This document shows, one piece after another, positions 18,001 through 18,859 of a stretch of 18,859 bases of DNA. The notes below the pieces were generated by a model. The model worked only from the letters and a program-made list of their open reading frames with translations. It had not been told where the DNA came from and searched no databases. The first letter of the stretch is position 1. The number at the start of each line of letters is the position of its first letter. Made by a program: the position numbers and the translations under genes. The stretch covers positions 1 through 18,859 of the forward strand of contig JBDRKX010000019.1 in NCBI GenBank assembly GCA_043813605.1, written 5' to 3'. This DNA is from Elusimicrobiota bacterium (GTDB taxonomy: Bacteria > CG03 > SLGR01 > JBDRKX01).

Positions 18001-18858
18001 CCTCTGAGCAGAAGAGCCTTTTCCTATAGCGCCCTTTCTTGTCACTTCTTCCAGGCTCAGGGAACCGGTATAAATATCATCATCTGCTGAATCCTTTTTG
18101 CTTTTTTTCCTCGGCAGCATCAACCCGAAACCCGGAAGCATAAATCCTGCCGCAAACGGGATATTTTTTCCTGCAAGTCCTGCTATTATATCCCTGTCTT
18201 TGCTCAAGGGTTCATCGGTCATGCTCAATCCCGGACCGGGTATATTTTTCTTTATCGGTGCCGGTTTTCTCTGTTTAATATGCGGTTTTCTAATACTTGC
18301 GGGTATTTTACTATCTTTTATTGTTGGCCCTTTTTGTATTGTTTTCTTTTTTTCTTTTTCAACCGGTTTATCTATCTTGCGTTTATCCTGGACATCTTTT
18401 CCCGACCGGTACGACAACGGCCTGTCAAGGCGGGGATTGGGATTTTTCATAAAATTCGTAAAAAAAGCGTTGCACCCTAACAGAGTAGTTGCCAGAAATA
18501 CAGAAAAAATTATTTTCAGCATTTTTGAGATCCTGCTGCCATGCACCGCTGCCTGAACGGGTTTCTGCTCTTTTTTTACACCCGTGACAGGTATATCCCT
18601 TTTAGTTTTTTCCGCAGCATCTTTCTGTCTTATCACACGCACTTTACGGATTTTCTCTCTGCCCAGCGCATTCAAGGTGTATACTATACCGGCCGACACA
18701 AGTACGGCTATTGCCGCTGCCAGCGGGCCGGCGCTAACCAGGAAAACAGCAGATATACCCGCTCCGATTACACCCGCGCCGGTTATCAATAATACACGGT
18801 ACCTCGTCAGGAAATTCTTTTTAACAGGTTTTTCGGCTATCTTCAGTGTATCCTGCAG
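1..18858 (-). CDS. Giant multidomain membrane-associated protein, partial at both ends (>6,286 aa)
   Basis: Reading + strand frame-1 triplets across all lines shows no TTA/CTA/TCA, so there is no minus-strand stop from 18858 to 1. Translation begins LQDTLKIAEKPVKKNFLTRYRVLLITGAGVIG and ends VMWFDRTEELEVSLGKLAES. Several recognisable enzyme motifs all fall in this same frame. Confidence 0.96.
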   Translation of the reverse strand, partial: MQDTLKIAEKPVKKNFLTRYRVLLITGAGVIGAGISAVFLVSAGPLAAAIAVLVSAGIVYTLNALGREKIRKVRVIRQKDAAEKTKRDIPVTGVKKEQKPVQAAVHGSRISKMLKIIFSVFLATTLLGCNAFFTNFMKNPNPRLDRPLSYRSGKDVQDKRKIDKPVEKEKKKTIQKGPTIKDSKIPASIRKPHIKQRKPAPIKKNIPGPGLSMTDEPLSKDRDIIAGLAGKNIPFAAGFMLPGFGLMLPRKKSKKDSADDDIYTGSLSLEEVTRKGAIGKGSSAQRAETVKTGKLKAKETAIVGQMIYRFKSRVITAGVSDNARVKLIIERLEKYFARGDIVTFKAVVHGKEDYLLAFADTGRLAVSRALFSKKFSDNLDELLFHEGYAAVFGEKNYNTHRDIYNGLQRDIFGAQNPLKRKLRKYINSRNIFNKSIGLIKFALFVSPVVYMTNIMIGPILKILCAESLAYWEQYLTITVAGIPMAICYYSAILGISLIAHKILQTVLRSNLILTLALILSTHIFAGDTLKLVTMQLLGNYQNLFNTWQFGSLLGASYGFVLATIGIIAYKTANKITGITQKRLLLQIKQKKSSNMIRLTMRVLIAFMILMGGILGINRVQAYYDYFKHGDNKIWVINADEGLKKQMKDALENLPEWHTKGLHSISTYPEVTKYARGYELGPFSMIAQEWETEGDRKILYPFVTRHEVGHHVYFRRISPSLRREFNYISVHLSKERKDFPTSYAFESNKYEDFAEIYELYTSGLTYQPKDMIVAAENSEPFQKKTALVAGLFLEGDYLRVYDKKGTCKKVKVKSENGRITFAEVKRAVYEVHPGPSVSEAMDHLMIMKDIGLRSDIAPEALKKVKRTKETLWTDQAGNMQLETREIKGKLITAKFIVDDTNLPDGIWGYHFRDIDNNLVIVTSNRFQDETAYHEAIEAEWIEELKRRAGPSVPREFLDNILHTAHILASAEQVMAFWADKSKFTPFHHHLLYEKYSKKQVKDILNEDRTAHHEIIKEHLGEDAAVAVKSYEENIKKQIKYSFGTRKFRLQQVVTVIDMIRAVLEGINAKFAGLGKAERAVSENIMDFLASPGKAVLLDKFTRYDTPSETPEPVVTPSVQDILSHIDNIEGEYDEMGEHIKYCIFAIKEFIQENGRLPVTEEISEVIVQIEEATGEEYGPRENFIIYKAVLKGLVPMVDGFWEKKENRMNILLLIKAELDMGDYSDMEEDSFIQTLKDLRVYEDITRVMTVPELMGELTREENIQLILKPVLEKIYGKDGNVLAEYRELYDKLISAGGVTLEDIALSAPRSKGFAAVFSIAEKNMDSALNLVDSGLIFSIWDDDKMVKGFSTSAGMLGGFRITPSGNLILTGRWKNIFSGLCDTSGSIDLKKAVSNPSIMRIISAVGYIGEELAGVISDSVSLSSVSSDTGKTDRLVGAASIVKALYDENPELGRLLSGMIERFTADSRFSDNLDLLYQSEEGMFFLLEVHDKNGRVKEVYRNILGGLLRTDDGSMMDLGGLFGSADKITLFLCIMTAGYWSTEFATELLEGDFFGKYSAELNASRDDFLEKIELAANIAKFSPPLGLHITGEMFSELDDYIKKSSEFGGQIVYVAKHLELIADRSLRIRTKYGDIFESFTVAGTRMIDFQTVFTDWAHIRTFVTLAKMAQVNIGLAEYVAGRDILKQILKNENMANNFERVYKEISQVLDRDGKFARHPGVFKFFTDKRNGRINLRKLLSSAKEARFFKGYVNLAERNPAAANALRKSGILEKIDSYTESHVVMEYAAESLAEVMDKNGKVQEEFHDLISVFMIPGTADIDMDSLFASMSMARLLAALVRLHNIDPAAALAMSKREWNFKQDRELIGKFHEAVDIYRYPDKKYIEEMIEAVFEHHAIFEESLISVIYESKSLMDAMPGYSGEILQKTSSVLKSEKNAAENFKLIAETLPDIMRDTGIITGAGFIKEEFRDIFTDFIDNTGRFLIYEVIKKRIDTLRFVTFLKVASVDPASARALSENDIIEKYVADEESLQKDWMWASMKNTCVNCFANLAQACPALLNELIETGYIKDVAGTSPDRMQILEILTSWLSVFKEIMEKDGRLCPEYRDIFLPFVRDDGVIDFVSLVKDFSKTVTFIALIKLVGLQMEHEIQRNAAHARSLVKMPVFGEIMEDLEMAMNLLDIGDKEKLNETITPDWRIREEYREILERFSADGMLDLENVLKSAAATKTMMTLLEVSAMNVGLAENLKASPVMERVMSDETAAERLLEAHIGMEYLLKEDMKLRRFADIFEKFNDKNGRFDPIKVVGSRVADSDFRTRLVWSFFNEDFLRHAESQGLYSENDEALTEALSDFWMFKKRVNPEGIVDEKWRGLLEGYLDDSAKIDIATLLNNKKELLYLTGLILIAEGDMDLAMEAKRSGILRKMVTDTMLRKDPFRKYEDEIEYDIMKEKAENIVFYSWIIGRAAIRNPVLAGRILNDWKLSDRLMAREGMLETLYAMIEVFDKVLDKKGMVNNTYRDSMYKAGFCSSTGELYFTDRYSLGLLFKQLQRAILINERYAERLIDRGDIEYISNDARLVSRFEQVLPVLFEIADDEGRVKAPYTGFADIFASDGILDFRGILTSQSGGLVMKALFNIHSDNPELAAYLSRSGLVKELLKNDDSRVINFEKVSEYIGKVSAAGGEPLRAGLGFFTGENGSFDIGKIIASGDNAKLFRSLAEIYLKEEELGVSVLPYLNEHIGWPGLLANGAALRRFDRDWAPNIAYWYRDNPDILEAIPFIVMNFYEYWLMVIEAMDFVPFDLPLAKKFHEHVTRIKRSPPERNMFQLAYYMLCENLRVGSVDKDGFRVLFHGLLDIRDVRGYTAFLKDELAPVIERNLRNKAPWLSRLIGDWKDAVAIGTIGWETPEGKEFSVNPEGVFKKVGWIMEHFGVDRADDEDFLTGLAYAINLRFYSVSSVKKFKRGFHRNHGFDILTWNNGIYWAGFISGAVPALPSEIAHAVGFEIDPNMDMAENAELQDRFGCVLIGRRTAHLVFENAAEYVVQVNKYARAVMEKWVNGDLTPEEDEKLVAELKKILSIDRYAPLFALKEKGALATVEDALKPLSYSDIHSLGKVMAGKNVGVKNAYLRFRGEFINRTAELAQKQIDDSVGIMAFSSKGYPGLKDIVLKPYDAYAEIHEMGEKVSQDLFVHLVMVMYEARVEVNTMPFLNAKAMEWALTTAKQKDIKDWESVVKQLGKLDAATVRSWAAEFAGEDEFGVLAMDAGSARDRVGFDRALADIEAAGVATDENLLWIFWKRFAEMSGGDLVERIYETLIYMHGKRYIEIPHAKALADGIDISGISVEAVKPGNWEEIIDTVMELETGGAVVLDREFYRKVITHPGTICMRLQHRGRTIGYIAGNLLESELSAGGYPELFREDGNTGLGNTMYVNLIAVAEEYRKYGLSEILYRGFMEAAAERGAEYVSLHVRENSSPKIAKLTGVPFRVLDRFTNYMGSGENFEYAVADLDRAGFSVAPDRALFTLLKTLLVNTDSARIPFADAIEDIVLYFGHTSTENITLDIIRIARDTAGALSDMSGLGAAGLRNIVYDYLSAYYLPGASVRPAEYARTIKKLGKKLRSATSHRHVKGLRGISVNIFGGSELIPEKGDGILAMVLFDRSGKPILHLHEELLSILHERPHLISEFSKYQLSLLKKQMEGYLETAYPGFLSAEADISEELQKAYRSAGSAVKKAAAAAEKSVLDLRSVFASSVSEPDLAMRFIEALEKTPERFGVLSSGAESLVFVDRKKKFPVAKFARPDEATPAIFGIDMEQGMTHALKRGADFAVPTMRVDLGKIYELSLERVPRLIEKYGSMIPFTAITFQKEIVPLDKKLKLLARKKDRESANEVLRLLESHRRMHLSMWKKGFINLDVKFANYGVDEEGNVLLSDFGELVNRRNLRDVDIDWSVHKANKLIYELLEASWPGLIGRHRPFTEELLKAVWRKGTASLGPLSDADKDIPQDRPREIKPGYSVVEVTGEREYNHRILDPAGWTVGKLLLNMEDGETMVLSDILIQGEDRGAGAEALAATADYTLRRGISRLKIDVVQNPRIPLIINSLIENGVFDAAGTTVKTGFGEEDFKTYFFRDENDLREAAAAGRDTDLNSITAKIKGYPSGRKEYEIQFTDGPAGPELTVIRGSEAEKAELLAISNFSFVFADPFRPDRVIKIIRDYDKSTAELKPLIEKGEYDRIVQREFLMLQELAHKGLAKPPYYWGMVGGMTGYIISERVDGKPLSDIACDTATADELEALRNFIGRLRQNGYEVRDFYKRNNFRMSLTGDSPRIYIIDAGNTFRTYPDKKFYRRFLTKVGWESLTRDKKIIDMVLSDKPITARPILSPDKKAAKNLISKDVDLLKVDPEIRKDMKDGYSLRIPAGASVSDVEGWFFGDTKFMALTLVENSGYRYGSDRAKIKAIKRLQRYLARSDIEWLKEWLKVLIRVRDEAPSKPLKTRDIVLLLGKKGVFSKGQILAHSGITFNSIYLHVNLLKYVRTSLDMQALSIVLRHENNDIIRGHHRDDVRQDFFDTLIRPLWKNFIGGERWWNRVARRIDVLNSFTAAGVFVGLTFGVLVVYESLLNAAGSYLLRDALLYFDYKIFDDLVAYSTLAASAVFSGFVAMFTARVGKSLIRHLGSTRPVLAQFSRAALLFAVLMFVLKAPLSGFFEPHRYFDSVKAGQNRILALNATDWEKKQIEVVVTDIPRSHLAGFEAFLFVDNIPKAIDSYGALIDPAAVYWSRLRHSALDRSAYAYNTIQNMWHEIGHHVYRKLAAEEIAAYKKSYIESKKTKDLKEFPSKYAMDKDEEEDYPENYCLWLDDTLGLINKVSSTQYLWKRAALTAKRFMTPEGKLRVYLIGRATLVDVALDSEGNISKEELLRIGKMINEHREKIAAEQQFVVGDLDDGAGLEYYDTEIDQEKEASVEYYRKMKELESRVSAAGTGKDETASASMFGMLFGFGLFRRKREEEKEREPEKKADDHKVIKAKSDAAGILGEVSEQDALKGLGTPKWLGRLNEKLKEINNGEQLKVVNIDWDKDTQEDYKRKIMDELRNIPDGSLVYFTCRTRYKATDTETIELLVAEKNVIIEFVEETYQGEELRHVYGYRDVYEGSGSMLFQRKFTVYRKTEDIELFQIALNKDLANKKYMDDAYGVFVDSLRNIVGKDYRKYQVAADLANIASVKLFKKYFTDARQKYDVANIVEEYDNDGFIINPSIGATRWIAGIPDKSAPAAELNSVLDVDEKIILKGLKRLIGIERYEAIIRRAKKEEVSSNDMISLLTLSEGTPVRIPENGIREKKLEEAFKSLKWKKISVELPGKDYSVDKFWMYTDSLKRIDGYRMEFKYRVNGRKKSAVIGVIHNPDSIKSVEDWVDVPELPGNILIQDIAVSQLDPEKLASLILEEIAKSELLARGQSVKVAGEKAREISNTYLSQKNINPEDLQKELNQIAVSWGILLDTLSIHTGSRNESPKAEFIINYLQSLGLEYIPYNLDDPKSANLPEEEIPGVPGVITKNKEGNVYVRIYPSESQKLKDKYLLFQAHMDMVFDPKDRDWSVPVESQIVEEEEKLWLKGRDANLGIDNGAGIAAMLDLAGRTVNNAKGHCGIEFLFTVDEETGWSGALNTDTSQFKSKYLVNMDSEPKYDGSGNILVSIAGGSGFETVRIAEPKKYSPAGFKHVNSDTPALRIKIDGGMGGHSGVDINKGRLNAINGLLDLIELIPSAEPVYFSGGSGRTEIPKQAEAVLLVKDIKEAEKIIENYRVSVKKKYAEQDPGADISVTNTTLDNTILDAETIGAYNSSKGDNALADLVTEIITNKELKWGVITTLDKKGTPKSTINLGILAGNASRASASAMMRSVNQEELDRFSHQYMKALKTEEDDSAPVYNGSRDSWIALNAKEAIENITRKEFKIADWRFGFQGLLDSSVLAVQKNNRGEHFEVAIIGAHYENPHTKEEKLNTSTYMQFVQWPLEIAELYTKEALKDVKDTAIGSGDSQVSLGGAVDIEIKPAAVVEAAEVKRVRPVFIVGLMVSLAAGVYALVHRGLIATGYDRLAGLYGTDVLTKAGVILGAFTVLLALFGLGLLVRRSNERKYAAIQEEPAVTVPVMLEDAEKIKERAVKILEEEGIRVRGAEITGLMTERGIGRYDAEEETAYVTGKELEKVYGSRGVGQILPETSDYAKVITKDGRLGHRKVVDTLGIISRNREASRMAAVMSGLSDRGEPGRVMLMNDGDVREFVRNEWVMWFDRTEELEVSLGKLAES
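532..720 (-). other. Predicted transmembrane hairpin within the giant CDS
   Basis: PVFIVGLMVSLAAGVYALV and AGVILGAFTVLLALFGLGLLV, followed by RR. Confidence 0.8.
850..2420 (-). other. Complete M20 peptidase domain, aminoacyl-histidine dipeptidase (PepD/M20C)-like
   Basis: PepD motifs occur in order: LLFQAHMDMV (H at 2155-2157), NLGIDNGAGIAAML (D at 2038-2040), IEFLFTVDEETGWSGA (EE at 1936-1941), YLVNMDSE (D at 1867-1869), SIAGG, GGHSGVDINKGRLNAI, STINLGI, MMRS and IIGAHYENPHTKEEKL (H at 931-933). Confidence 0.92.
4141..4760 (-). other. Zinc metallopeptidase domain 2 (paralogue of domain 1)
   Basis: MWHEIGHHVYR (HEIGH at 4477-4491) and FPSKYAMDKDEEEDYPENYCLW (EDYPE at 4339-4353). It aligns with domain 1 along its length. 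Confidence 0.83.
4790..5097 (-). other. Transmembrane bundle (about 3 helices) within the giant CDS
   Basis: SFTAAGVFVGLTFGVLVVY, LVAYSTLAASAVFSGFVAMFTA and AALLFAVLMFVL. Confidence 0.72.
5820..6330 (-). other. Protein-kinase-like fold domain 2 (RIO/Bud32/Kdo-like, atypical)
   Basis: RVIKII (K at 6253-6255), alphaC QREFLMLQELAHKGL, hinge YIISERVDGKPL, catalytic loop YEVRDFYKRNNF (D at 5956-5958) and IYIIDAG (5884-5892). The Gly-loop is degenerate (AISNFSFVF). Confidence 0.72.
6570..6850 (-). other. Second, divergent GNAT-like domain
   Basis: RILDPAGWTVGKLLLNMEDGETMVLSDILIQGEDRGAGAEALAATADYTLRRGISRLKIDVVQNP: GNAT beta3-beta4-alpha3-beta5 pattern with an RGAG loop. Confidence 0.55.
6910..7570 (-). 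other. Protein-kinase-like fold domain 1
   Basis: Gly-loop LSSGAESLVF, beta3 lysine in VAKF (7492-7494), catalytic loop GFINLDVKFANYGV (D at 7141-7143, DxKxxN) and DFG at 7081-7089. Confidence 0.85.
8350..8860 (-). other. GNAT-family N-acetyltransferase domain
   Basis: GRTIGYIAG...NTMYVNLIAVAEEYRKYGLSEILYRGFMEAAAERGAEYVSLHVREN...NYMGSGENFEY. This contains the acetyl-CoA binding motif A (hAVxxxYRxxGL) and a RimI-like C-terminal pattern. Confidence 0.88.
10750..15050 (-). repeat. Protein-level degenerate tandem repeat, about 14 units with ~82-96 aa period, predicted alpha-helical solenoid
   Basis: The core recurs as EVHDKNGRVKEVYRNILGGLLRTDDGSMMDLGGLF, EVMDKNGKVQEEFHDLISVFMIPGTADIDMDSLF, EIMEKDGRLCPEYRDIFLPFVRDDGVIDFVSLV, ETITPDWRIREEYREILERFSADGMLDLENVL and EIADDEGRVKAPYTGFADIFASDGILDFRGIL, among others. 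Confidence 0.75.
16381..16995 (-). other. Zinc metallopeptidase domain 1 (gluzincin, HExxH plus downstream EDFAE; anthrax lethal factor/Pro-Pro endopeptidase-like motif pattern)
   Basis: VTRHEVGHHVYF (HEVGH at 16732-16746) is followed about 40 aa later by FPTSYAFESNKYEDFAEIYELY (EDFAE at 16597-16611). Confidence 0.85.
17005..17550 (-). other. Multi-pass transmembrane bundle (about 4-5 helices) within the giant CDS
   Basis: Hydrophobic segments IGLIKFALFVSPVVYMTNIMIGPIL, YLTITVAGIPMAICYYSAILGISLIA, LILTLALILSTHIFAG, FGSLLGASYGFVLATIGIIAY and VLIAFMILMGGILGI. Confidence 0.75.
18673..18795 (-). other. Predicted transmembrane hairpin within the giant CDS
   Basis: VLLITGAGVIGAGISAVFLVSAGPLAAAIAVLVSAGIVYTL: about 41 uncharged residues flanked by K/R-rich segments. 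Confidence 0.8.
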
Positions 18859-18859
18859 T

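Noticed and set aside
214..18792. The many 60-241 aa plus-strand ORFs in the supplied track
   Set aside because: They lie antisense to the giant CDS, have atypical S/F/P/R-rich composition and carry no recognisable motifs, so they are shadow ORFs.
1..18859. CRISPR arrays, tRNA/rRNA, IS elements, terminators or programmed frameshifts at A/T homopolymers
   Set aside because: There is no intergenic space and I saw no DNA-level direct or inverted repeat arrays. The frame stays open through all homopolymer runs, which mostly encode Lys-rich stretches.

Overview
The whole window is one uninterrupted reading frame on the minus strand (codons 18858 down to 1, 6286 codons). I translated it by hand and found no in-frame stop. 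Both ends run off the window, so this is an internal fragment of a giant protein of more than 6,286 aa that the supplied ORF track missed. The listed short ORFs are antisense or off-frame shadows. From N to C (high to low coordinates) it contains: a TM hairpin, an internal lipoprotein-signal-like segment, a degenerate HE module, a multi-TM bundle, HExxH/EDFAE metallopeptidase 1, an HExxE module, about 14 copies of an unrecognised ~85-aa helical repeat, an unknown domain, a GNAT acetyltransferase, kinase-fold domain 1, a second GNAT-like domain, kinase-fold domain 2, an HExxD module, a TM bundle, metallopeptidase 2 (paralogue of 1), an unknown region, a complete M20/PepD-like dipeptidase and a TM hairpin. 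This architecture resembles the giant multi-enzyme membrane proteins of Omnitrophota (OP3), but that taxonomy is inference. No RNA genes, mobile elements or CRISPR arrays were seen. Domain boundaries are approximate.
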